A DNA stretch of 20,000 nucleotides from Vicugna vicugna (lineage: Eukaryota). The translations under genes and the position numbers were made by a program. The stretch covers positions 449,384-469,383 of the forward strand of contig MU061544.1 in NCBI GenBank assembly GCA_013265495.1, in the 5' to 3' direction. The first letter of the stretch is position 1; each line of letters opens with the position of its first letter. Of the stretch, positions 1 to 8,960 are shown piece by piece. The notes below the pieces were generated by a model. The model did no database searches. It saw nothing but the letters and a program-made list of their open reading frames with translations, and was not told the DNA's origin.

Positions 1-24
1 AGCTAGATGAAGAAATTTAGAACT

Positions 25-140
25 CATCTCTCTGTTCATTTTTTAATAGGTGAGGAAATGAAGTGATCCAAATAATTTGAGAACCTGCCTGAAATTATGC
101 ATCTAATTAAAGGCATACCCTAGGAAGATCTCTGGACTTT
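25..140 (-). mobile_element. MIR SINE core fragment (decayed)
   Basis: CATTTTTTAATAGGTGAGGAAATGAAG...AACCTGCCTGAAATTATGCATCTAATTAA resembles the reverse complement of the MIR core (CATTTTACAGATGAGGAAACTGAGG...AACTTGCCCAAGGTCACACAGCTAGTAA). Confidence 0.6.
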
Positions 141-334
141 AAATTAAATTGGCTTTACTACACATCTTCCCACTCTCGTTCCACATTTGCTTCTTTTAGA
201 GAGAGAAAGAAGCTTGACAGAATATTTTAATAGAAAATGCGTGGATTTTCACTTCAGGACAATCTGAATTTGAAACTTTCCTAAGCCAAAATCTTCACTT
301 GTTTATCTAGTATCCTCCAGAATGACTGGACTCA

Positions 335-635
335 TTCTCCACCTTCTTTCTTGCATCATCATTCCCTGCCCATCCCCCAATTCTACTGGCTCATTCTCAT
401 TAGCATTCAAACATGCTGTCATTTCTGTCATCCACAAAGAAATCATTTTTTACTTCACATCTCTCTCCAGATACTTTCCAATTTCTTACACCCCATTTAT
501 GGGAAAATCGTAAAAAACTGCACAGAAGTTTTGAGATAATATATCCAATTATTTTCTTCCCATTCTCCTTTGAACTTGCTTCATACGGGATCTCTATCCA
601 TCATTCCAACAACACAGCTCTTGCCAAGGTCACCA
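335..635 (+). mobile_element. L2 (L2a-like) LINE, ORF2-derived segment, part 1
   Basis: CTACTGGCTCATTCTCATTAGCATTCAAACATGCTG and ACAGCTCTTGCCAAGGTCACCA match L2 RT-region motifs; the ORF translations TGSFSLAFKHAVI and TALAKVT are L2 ORF2 remnants. Confidence 0.85.
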
Positions 636-1080
636 CATCAGTCAACTGTATAACAAGCAAATAATCTCTTATAAAAGCACATAATCTCTCTGGCTTCTGT
701 CTATCAAAAGCAGTTGTCTAGGAGTCAGGTGACAGAGATGCATGCTGGGCTAGACAGTTTTAAGCTGCTGACTGGGTTTGAGTCTCTCTCATGGGTGTCT
801 TATCCTCCTTGGATCAAAAGGCTAACCAGATCACGTCTTTCTCATGGTGATATAGAAGGACAAGATGAACAGAAATATGCCTACCTCTTAAGGAACTAGC
901 ATATATAGAACTGCTATCTGTGTTTCAACAACCTAAACAGGTAACGTGGCTGAGTCCAAGGTTAGGGACAGGAATACATTTTCTCTCTAGTGGGAAGAAC
1001 TGAAAAGCCACAAGGTGGAGGACATGAATAGAGACAGAGGTGAAGAACTGGAGAAAATACATTAATGTTAATATACCACT
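636..1080 (-). mobile_element. MLT1-family (ERVL-MaLR) solo LTR inserted in L2
   Basis: GGTAACGTGGCTGAGTCCAAGG...GTGGGAAGAACTGAAAAGCCACA...GAAGAACTGG...TATACCAC resembles the reverse complement of an MLT1 LTR 5' end (TGTGGTA...); L2 stops at 635 and resumes at about 1085. Confidence 0.75.
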
Positions 1081-1084
1081 GTTA

Positions 1085-1390
1085 CTAATGAGCTCCACAG
1101 TACTAAATCAAATAGTCACATGTAAATGCTCATCTGTTTTGAATATTCAGCAGCATGTGACACAGTTAATCAGTACTTCATGCTGAGGCTGTTTTTCCCT
1201 TGACTTTTAACTCACCTCATACGCCTAGTTTTCTCTCTTCCTCTTCACGGGCTTTTCCTTCCATACTTTGTCGGTTCTCTGTCATCAGTTTTTACACTGG
1301 ATTACCCCGGGAATCAACCTTGAGACATTTTCTCTTTGCTCTCTATACTAATCCTCTTGTTGAACTCACTCAGGGTTATGGCTTAAAAAC
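1085..1390 (+). mobile_element. L2 LINE, part 2
   Basis: AATGAGCTCCAC...TCAGCAGCATGTGACACAGTTAATCA (remnant of the DLSAAFDTV RT motif), continuing to CAGGGTTATGGCTTAAAAAC. Confidence 0.85.
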
Positions 1391-1492
1391 TATAATACTT
1401 AACATTACTGAATTATATACTTTAAAATGGTTAAGATGGTATATTTTATGGTATATATTTTTAACCACAATTAACAATAAGAAGAAATAAAG
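1391..1492 (+). mobile_element. Old L1M 3'-end fragment with A-rich tail, inserted in L2
   Basis: ACTTAACATTACTGAATTATATACTTTAAAATGGTTAAGATGGTATATTTTATG...TTTTAACCACAAT is a typical L1M 3' terminus; flanked by the direct repeat TAAAAAC (1384-1390 and 1493-1499). Confidence 0.85.
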
Positions 1493-2150
1493 TAAAAACC
1501 CATCTATAGACTGATAAAACATAAATTTATATCTTCAGCTTTTATGTCTGTGTTTAAAGTTCAATATCATATATCCAAGTATATTCAAATGTCCAATAAA
1601 AATATGAAACTTGATATATTCAAAGTCCAACTACTCATCTCCCACCAACACAAATATGTCCCTCGAGGTACTTCTCCCACCTCCACAAGTAGCAACAGCA
1701 ACAGCATACTTTTAGTTGCTCGGCCCAAAACCTTTTTGGTTATCCTTAACTTTGCTTTTTCTCCTATACCCAACATCCAATCTATTAGCAATTCCTACTA
1801 GTTCTACCTTCAAAATACATCCAGGACCTGAGCAAAACTCTTCACCTCCAATGTGCTCCCCCTTTTTCTAAGTCACCATCATTTCTGGCCTGATCCATTA
1901 TCATAGCCTCCTAATCCCTGTCCATTACACCATCTTCTTCCACATGCAGTCTATTCTCAACCTAACAGCTAGAGGAATCCTTTTAAAGCAAAAGTTGAAT
2001 TAGATCACTCATCTCATTCTAATTCTCCAGTTATTTCCCAACCTTACTCCAAGTAAACTCCAAGTTCCTCCAATGGCCTTCAAAGGTCATCCAAAATTCA
2101 GTCTCCTTACCTCTCTGACCTCATTTTCCATGACTCTAAACCTCACTCCT
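1493..2150 (+). mobile_element. L2 LINE, part 3 (ORF2 end / 3' region)
   Basis: CCATCTATAGACTGAT...AAATTTATATCTTCAGC, TTCTACCTTCAAAATACATCCAG, CAGTCTATTCTCAAC...AGCTAGAGGAATCCTTTTAAA, CTCTCTGACCTCAT are all L2a motifs in consensus order. Confidence 0.85.
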
Positions 2151-2219
2151 TATATGACAGGGAAAAAAAAAACAGCAAAAACTGATGGTCAAACAGCTTT
2201 TGAATTGCTATTGTGAGAA

Positions 2220-2265
2220 CAGGGTCACTATATACATTTGTGCAGGTCACACAATACACAAAGAC
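2220..2265. mobile_element. Possible MER91-like (hAT-Tip100) fragment
   Basis: CAGGGTCACTATATACATTTGTGCAGGTCACACAATACACAA resembles the MER91 terminus CAGGGTCACCATATACAGTTGTGCAGGTTGTGCACTGCACAA. Confidence 0.4.
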
Positions 2266-2309
2266 AAGGAGCAAAGACATGTTGTAATCTATGTGAATGT
2301 TTCTGTTAA

Positions 2310-2985
2310 AGCTGTGGAGTTCTCAACCCACATGGTCTTAGATCCTTGTCACTGGGGGACAGAAATAAGTGGGATAAATCAGGAAAATGCAAAATATTTA
2401 ACACAGTGATGAGCGTTAAAAGGAAAAACAAAGAACAGACGGGGTGGGTAACACAAGTCTAAGTAGGATGAACCTGTAAGGTCTTCAAAAGAGGGTGAGC
2501 ATTCAACAAATAACTGGAGGAGGTGAGAGAGTAAGTCCTTTAGATAACTGGGATATCACAGTTAGGCAAAGCAACAGCTTATGAGAGGAAGAACATCTGA
2601 GATGAAGCATATTCCGCATGCTCTAAGAGGAAGGAAGCCAGTGTGGCTGAAGCAAAGTGAGCAAGTGGATAGTTTCAGAATATGAGGTCACAGACATAAA
2701 GGGAACCATGATTGTATAGCATCCTGTAAGGTTTTTTGCTTTCACTCTGAGTGAGAACATAGCTATTGCAGGCTATGAACAATCCTACCTTTAGCTTTAA
2801 AAAATACACCTGACTGAAAGGAAAGAAATCTCTGGCTGCTTTGTTGAAAAAGACTGCAGGGAATCAAGGGTGGAAGCAAAGAGACCAGTGAAGACATAGA
2901 TGACTGGAGGCTGGGTAGACTAGATAGAATGACAGCTTTGGAGATGGGGTGAAATTTTACTGGGTTACTAGTGTAAACTGGATCT
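2310..2985 (-). mobile_element. L2a LINE 3' region, inverted relative to the upstream L2
   Basis: GGAAGCCAGTGTGGCTGAAGCAAAGTGAGC, TTTCACTCTGAGTGAGA, CTCTGGCTGCTTTGTTGAAAAAGACTG, CAAGGGTGGAAGCAAAGAGACCAGT are reverse-strand L2a motifs. Confidence 0.85.
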
Positions 2986-3039
2986 GTTTATGACTATATT
3001 GTCTCATCACTTATTAGTCATATATATGTGATTGATGTG

Positions 3040-3075
3040 TTATGTGTGTGTGTGTACGTGCATGTATACGTATGT
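3040..3075. repeat. (TG)n / alternating purine-pyrimidine microsatellite
   Basis: TATGTGTGTGTGTGTACGTGCATGTATACGTATG. Confidence 0.8.
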
Positions 3076-3189
3076 CTGTTATCAAGATGACTGAACTATT
3101 TGGTTCTAATGGTTGTTTAACTTCAAAATTAGGCTATGTAGACATGTCACTTCCGTAAACCAAATAAGTCTCGTCTGTTTCTAATACCA

Positions 3190-5130
3190 GTATTTCTTTG
3201 CCCATTTTAAATATTTTTTGTAATCCAGAAAAATTTTGAATGGTTTGAGTCATTTTACCCATGTTTAGGCATGTATTACTGAGTATATTAAGAGTATCAC
3301 TCCATTAACTCACATTTAGTATCATGTTCATTCTCTATTTCTAGTAAAATATGCTTTATGAGATTGAAAGGAATCTATTTCTAAAGACTTTTAACAGGAA
3401 TTGCTATTAATATTGTCAGTCTTTTCCAGCAACTTTTGAAATATCTGTATAATTTATTTTTGTTTCATATTTCTCAAAAGAATTCTGTTAACTTTTTTTT
3501 TTAAGTTGTGAAACTTCCTTGAATTCGTGGGATAACATCTACTAGGTCACGAATAACTTTTAAGAATCTGTTACATTTAATTTGTCAATATTATATTTCA
3601 GGGATATATACACGTGTTCTTAAGTGAAAATGATCATTTTCTTTCTATAAGTGTTATCTTTACCCAGTGTTGCTCTCAGGGCTAATCTGACAACCAGAAT
3701 TAATTGACAAGTTCTCCACAAAATTCCATGTTGTTTAACCAACCACATGATTTGAAACGTTTCTTCTAAGGTTATTAATTCTTTCATACTTTATACCCCT
3801 TTCAGGCATCTTTTGTTAAGTAAGAGGTCAATGTGATAGAAATGTGGGTGTCTGGCTTGCCACCTTGAATCTGAATATTCTCATACAAAGTTTTGTAAAT
3901 AACACTTAGGTATTATTTATTAAACTATTTCCACTACATTTTCTACCTTATACTATTCTAAATATAACTTTGTTTTTAAGTCAAATGGATAATAAGGTTT
4001 TCAATTTATTTTCAATTCTTTTTTTTTTTCTTTCTTTTTTTGTGTAGGTACTGGAGATTGAACCCAGGACCCTGTGCATGCTAAGCATACGCTCTACCAC
4101 TGAGCTATTACCCTCCCCTTCTTGTTTTGTTGTTTAGAATTCAGAGAATGTGGCCTAAACGATATTCTTTATGAATTAAATAAACTTTAATTTTCTTTGT
4201 GGCTATAATACAGTCAGCGTTTGGAAGTGTTCCAGAACAACTTGACAAGAACTCTTTCTGAGATACAATTTTCTCTACACATCTCTTTGACTCAGCTTGT
4301 TATTCTTCTATTTAAATTTCCTATTTTAATTTATTTTGTCTATTTGATTTGTCAATTTTCTGGGGGAAAACATTAAGGATTCCCTCTACATGGACTCATT
4401 TTCAGTATTTTTGGAAAATATTTTATATTTTGATATTACCTTGTTCAATGAGTAATTACACTGAGCCATTATATATATTTTGGGGGGGGGATTGAGTAAA
4501 ATTTCATAGTATATTTACGTGGCATTTATATTAATTCACATGGCATTTCATAAAACTGAACAAAACTAGGACATTACTAATACGATAAAAATACTAATAA
4601 ATTAGAGTTAAGTACAATAAGAGTATTGTGAAAAGCAAAAGTTATGGAAATCTCATTATATATATTCCTGATGGGCTATATCATTTGACAAGATAAAATA
4701 TCCCCCACTTACTTCACTGAATGATTTTAAACTTGAATTCTACTCTGACCAATAACATAATAATCTTATAATGTTATTTTAAAAATCTGTATTGTCTTTA
4801 TCCTTATTTTTAGCCTTATGATGTCATTATACATATTTTTATCTCTAAGAAAAATTAGTAAATTTCTATTACTGATTTAGCCTAATTTGTCATAATATCT
4901 TGTGTTTTCTACTTGTTTTGAATTTTACACCTTTCTTTCACTTTTCTTTTTCTTTTTCCTAGCTTGATTTATCAAGATTTTTGTTATTATTGCTTTTCTG
5001 GTTTCTAAAGTTGTTTCTAGTTCCTTTGAAATTATAGACTCATTTTTATCTTTAGCAATCTACATAAAAGGTTAACAAAGTGATGTAAATTTTGTAGGTA
5101 TTTCAGTGTCAAGAAATCAAGAATTAGACA
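3190..5130 (-). mobile_element. Ancient L1 (L1ME-like) ORF2 remnant, fragmented and interrupted
   Basis: T-rich tract; CCTTGAATTCGTGGGATAACATCTACTAGGTCA and CTCTCAGGGCTAATCTG resemble the antisense L1 RT region; 4260-4460 and 4650-4850 resemble the antisense endonuclease region. Confidence 0.65.
4017..4118 (-). mobile_element. tRNA-Ala(AGC)-derived SINE (camelid vic-1-like) with poly(A) tail
   Basis: Reverse complement is GGGGAGGGTAATAGCTCAGTGGTAGAGCGTATGCTTAGCATGCACAGGGTCCTGGGTTCAATCTCCAGTACCTACAC followed by an A-rich tail; A box TAGCTCAGTGG, B box GGTTCAATCTC, AGC anticodon remnant. Confidence 0.9.
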
Positions 5131-5136
5131 GTATTT

Positions 5137-5390
5137 GTGTCAGGCTGCTAGTTTTCCTCAAATATCTCTTCCTACCATTTTTATTCAAAAAATAAAGCAC
5201 CTGAGTTGCAGCTGGGCACATTGCCACCCAACAAGAGAGCATAATTCCCAGCCTTCCATAGTTGTGTTCATTTGACTAAGTTCTAGAGAAACTTTTATTT
5301 GTGTGTTATGTGAGAAAGTGCTGCTTCACTTCCTATTGAAAGGCAAAAATACTTGCCCTAGATACCCACGGGTAGGCTGAGATGACTTTG
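5137..5390 (+). mobile_element. MLT1 (I/J-like) LTR 5' fragment
   Basis: CAGCTGGGCACATTGCCACCCA...TTCCCAGCCTTCC...CATTTGACTAAGTTCT matches the MLT1J-type motif TTCCCAGCCTCCCTTGCAGCTAGGTGTGGCCATGTGACTAAGTTCT. Confidence 0.75.
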
Positions 5391-5506
5391 AAAATATATA
5401 TATAGATTTTACAGAGGGAAAATTACTATTTGTATATAAATCTCCCACACTTTGTGTAAAATATGGTTTTATAAATTAAAATTATAAAAACTTAATATAA
5501 AAATAA

Positions 5507-5590
5507 TAACTATGTTAGACTATATGAAATTATCAATAGTTGGTAGTTTTGATCTGAGAAATGGGCAATTTCATATGGTCCCATCTAATA
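5507..5590. mobile_element. MADE2 mariner-derived MITE (about 80 bp)
   Basis: Terminal inverted repeats GACTATATGAAATT and AATTTCATATGGTC, ending CCATCTAATA; the length and layout fit MADE2. Confidence 0.8.
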
Positions 5591-5884
5591 AGAAACCAAA
5601 TTTATGACATGAGACATGAGAAAGTTTAAGCACATTAATTTCAACATTTTCCAATGAAGGAAGAAAAACAAAATCTTAAGTTGACAAGTCAAGAATAGAT
5701 TATTATTACTTTAAAAGTATATATTATAGAGCTTATAACATTACATATATTGTAAAAATAATCACCAGAAAGTAGGGATGGAAAGAGCCTGCTAATATAC
5801 TCATTCTTCATAGTGAAGAGTTCAAAAAGGTAATTATATGTCATAGTTCATTATATTTTCACTGATTTTAAAATGCATCATTAT

Positions 5885-6097
5885 GTTTGAGATTTGCAAA
5901 TGATAACTACTATATACAAAAATATATAAAAACAAATTTCTTCTGTATAGCACAGAGAACTACATTCAGTATCTTGTAATAACCTTTAATGAAAAAGAAT
6001 ACGGAAGTGAGTATATGCATGTATATGCATGACTGGGACATTATGCTGTGCACCAGAAATTGACAAATTGTAACTGACTATACTTCAATAAAAAAAA
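5885..6097 (+). mobile_element. Artiodactyl/camelid-type L1 3' end, 5'-truncated, with poly(A) and TSD
   Basis: TTTCTTCTGTATAGCACAGAGAACTAC...GACTGGGACATTATGCTGTGCACCAGAAATTGAC...TGTAACTGACTATACTTCAATAAAAAAAA; TSD AAAATGCATCATTAT (5870-5884) and AAGATGCATTATTAT (6098-6112). Confidence 0.9.
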
Positions 6098-6399
6098 AAG
6101 ATGCATTATTATAGCCTGCACAATTTTACTTTTAATTCAGTCATCAGTGGTTTTTTTTTCATATTTTAATCTCCTCTGTGCCTTCAAGAGCATTTGAGAT
6201 ACTGTATTTCTTTAAAAAATTAAATAAGTAGGAATGCTAAGAGCCATCAGTCATAGGTTCTCAAGCTACCATTGTAATTATTTAGAACCAGCCTACTTCG
6301 GATTTTCACTCTGGGAATGTTCCAAATATATCTGATTCACCAGAACCCCCTCTTCCAATACCTTCCAGTAATTTAGATTAAATATCTTTTAATTTATAG

Positions 6400-7000
6400 A
6401 ATAAATCAAAGGGTGAATAGAAATTAACTGCCAGCCTTCTGAATTATAAATAGAAAAACAGAATTATATAAAAATGTGTTTATCAAAAATAAAGGGGTAA
6501 TATTAGATACAGATAAGATAATATACAGTAAGAGAAAAGGAGTAAAATAAAATCTTCTGAATACATCAATAAATGTAAATAGGAAAAGTTAACCTATTAG
6601 AAGGAAAGGATTCTTGGATAATATCAAAACTCAGCCTGAAAATGTGGTATATGAAAAATAGTTACACTAAATGAATAAAAGTAAATGATTATAAAGGTCC
6701 AACTAGTCATATTATGAAAATAAGAGTTGTGACATTAATATCATGAAAGATTTAATTAAAGGCAAAATACTTTAAAAACAAATGTGCCACTTTATAATGA
6801 TAAAATGTACAATTCATCATAAAGTTATTTTTATGCCTCTTAACTTCTGAAAAAAAAAACAATTTCTCAAAACATGAAATGAGAAACTAAAAGAAAACCA
6901 CAATAAGAAGTTTTAAGTATTACCTGGAAGCTCATCATAATAAACATAGAGACAAATGATAAAAATATACACAAATAATACCAACAACTTACATTTTTAA
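6400..7000 (+). mobile_element. Ancient L1 ORF2 endonuclease-region remnant
   Basis: A-rich; ATAAATGTAAATAGG...CCTATTAGAAGGAAAGGATT and CACTTTATAATGATAAAATGTACAATTCATCA correspond to the decayed L1 EN motifs LNVNGLN and HYIMIKGSI. Confidence 0.7.
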
Positions 7001-7002
7001 GT

Positions 7003-7555
7003 TAAAGACATGCAAATGGCCAACAGGTAATATGAAAAGGTACTCAATATTACTAATCATCAGGGAAATGCAAATCAAAACCACAATGAGATATCACCTC
7101 ACACCTGTTAGAATGGTTATCATTAAAAAGATAAGAAATAGCCAAGTGTGGAGAAAAGGGAACCCTTGTACATTGCTGGTGGCAATGTAAAGTGGTGCAA
7201 CCACTATGGAAAATAGTACAGAGGTGCATCGAAAAATTAAAAATAGAACTGATCTGATGCAGAAATTCCCCTTTGTGTATATATCCAAAGGATATAAAAT
7301 CACTATCTGCAGTGCAATCTGCACTCCCATGTTCATTGCAGCATTATTCGCAGTAGTCAAAATAATGGAAACTTACCCAACGACAGATGAATGGATAACA
7401 CCCATTTTACATATACATAAATACACACATACATACACTATAATACAATTATATATATACAACTGCACTGTGTGTGTAACAGAATATTACTCAGCCTTAA
7501 AAAGAAAGAAATCTTTCCATTTGCAACAACATGGATGAAACTGGAGGACATTCTG
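7003..7555 (+). mobile_element. L1 (L1MA-like) ORF2 C-terminus / start of 3' UTR
   Basis: AAGACATGCAAATGGCCAACAGG, CAGGGAAATGCAAATCAAAACCACAATGAGATATCACCTCACACCTGTTAGAATGG, CCCATGTTCATTGCAGCATTATT, CATTTGCAACAACATGGATGAAACTGGAGGACATT; translation CTPMFIAALF and EYYSALK. Confidence 0.95.
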
Positions 7556-7889
7556 CCTGGGAAGAGATAATGTATAGCTAATTTTAGGCAGAGCTACCAC
7601 TGTGTATAAATCATGCAATTTTCTATGCATAGAATAACTTTTTTCTCTGTATTTTTTGGCGTAGAATATTATAAGGTTCAGACTGAGTTTTCCTTAATAA
7701 TGTATTTATATTATTGCTGCCATATCTGAAAAACTCATCAATATTAATCTCTAATGATTCCATCCATGTAGAAAATAAGGAAAAGAAAAAAATAATTACC
7801 AGGAAAAGAAAATATCTTTGTACTTCTTCCTTCCTTTCACTATAGCTAGAAGACAACAGTCCATGAGCCACGAATTTCTATTTCAAAGT

Positions 7890-8110
7890 TGTTCATTTAG
7901 TCATTCACGAACTCTCATCTGTGCTAGGAGTTGGAAAAACATTCATGTAAAAGATATAAATGGCCCTTTCTGAGACGTCTAGAAGAATCAAATTAAATTG
8001 GTAAATACAATAGAATCATTACTGTTATCTAAAAACTGGTGATTGTTTCCAGTTAACAAAGAATGCAACCTAATCCAAAAATAGGAGGTCAGATAATATC
8101 CCAAGACAGA
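7890..8110 (-). mobile_element. L2 3'-end fragment (decayed)
   Basis: TTCATTTAGTCATTCA...TGTGCTAGGAGTTGGA...AAGATATAAATGGCCCTT resembles the antisense L2 tail. Confidence 0.5.
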
Positions 8111-8214
8111 CCCAAGATTCTTCCCTATGTCAACAGATATCCTGGGATGTCAACTTGGTTGTAGCAAAAATGCAGTCCATCTCTAATTAAAATTAGACTT
8201 TTTAAAACTTTTCT

Positions 8215-8350
8215 AGGTAGTGGTTATATCTATTACCTTGACTGCAATGATGGTTTCTTGGGTGTATGGATATGTTCTATTTTATCAAACTGTATATGTT
8301 AAATATGTGCAGTTTTTATATCAATTTTACTTCAATAAAGCTGTTAAAAT
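8215..8350 (+). mobile_element. Old L1M (MB/MC/MD-like) 3' end
   Basis: TATTACCTTGACTGCAATGATGGTTTC...TTATCAAACTGTATATGTTAAATATGTGCAGTTT...TACTTCAATAAAGCTGTTAAAA. Confidence 0.85.
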
Positions 8351-8359
8351 GAGCACTTC

Positions 8360-8633
8360 CTTAAATTGTGAATGCAAACACCCATCATAGCAGTATTAGC
8401 AGTGTCAAGGACGTTAATATTTGTAACTTAAAATTATGATAGTTATTAAAGTTACCTCTAGATCTTAGTTGATAATAGAAGACATAATTATATATTTTTA
8501 ATATTTTGATAAAATAACCAGCTTCTTTTGTAATCCTATGTATTTCACTTTATGTGTGTAAGAACATTATTCTGAGAAGGGGTCCACCAGACTGTTGAAG
8601 ATGTTCTTCCATGAAAAAGGCTAAGAATGCCTG
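8360..8633. mobile_element. hAT-Charlie non-autonomous DNA transposon (MER-type) remnant
   Basis: TTTGTAATCCTATGTATTT...AACATTATTCTGAGAAGGGGTCCACCAGACTG...AAAAAGGCTAAGAATGCCTG, ending in a Charlie-like TIR (GGTTAAGAACCCCTG). Confidence 0.75.
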
Positions 8634-8649
8634 TGTGAGATCAATTTCA

Positions 8650-8960
8650 TATGCAAATGTGGATACAGAGAGGAAAAGTGATCCACGAAGAGGCAGCATT
8701 GTATTAAAAACAAATAGAAAAATAAAAAAAACATGGCCTAGGGAAGAGAGATCATCATCCAACTGAGGAACAGAGAGCAGTTCACTAAATTCTGTTTCCA
8801 CGAGGTGAGGTGGGTGTAACACCGGCTGGTAAGAGATAAGACAGGCAAGGTGAACAGGGGCAACATTTTGAATGATCTTTTAGGAAATGCTGAAATAATA
8901 ATAAATCGTTGCTTGTTTATAAATAGAGGAGAAATATGCCTAGACTTTCATTTTACTATA
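8650..8960 (-). mobile_element. L2 fragment (decayed), probably continuing 7890-8110
   Basis: Purine-rich; GAGATAAGACAGGCAAGGTGAACAGGGGCAACATTTTGAATGATCTT...TAGAGGAGAAATATGCCTAGACTTTCATTTTA. Confidence 0.5.

Noticed and set aside
322..1801. ORFs 322-513, 351-539, 413-664, 714-899, 1200-1490, 1544-1801 and 1585-1791
   Set aside because: They lie in decayed L2, MLT1 or L1 sequence; any protein-like motifs are L2 ORF2 remnants
4046..4118. tRNA-Ala gene
   Set aside because: The acceptor stem is disrupted and an A-tail follows directly, so this is a SINE or retro-copy
5845..6205. Possible MER104/Kanga-like DNA element hosting the L1 tail
   Set aside because: The similarity is too short and degenerate to support without a search
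7094..7538. ORFs of 88 aa and 110 aa
   Set aside because: Frameshifted L1 ORF2 C-terminal remnant and its antisense frame
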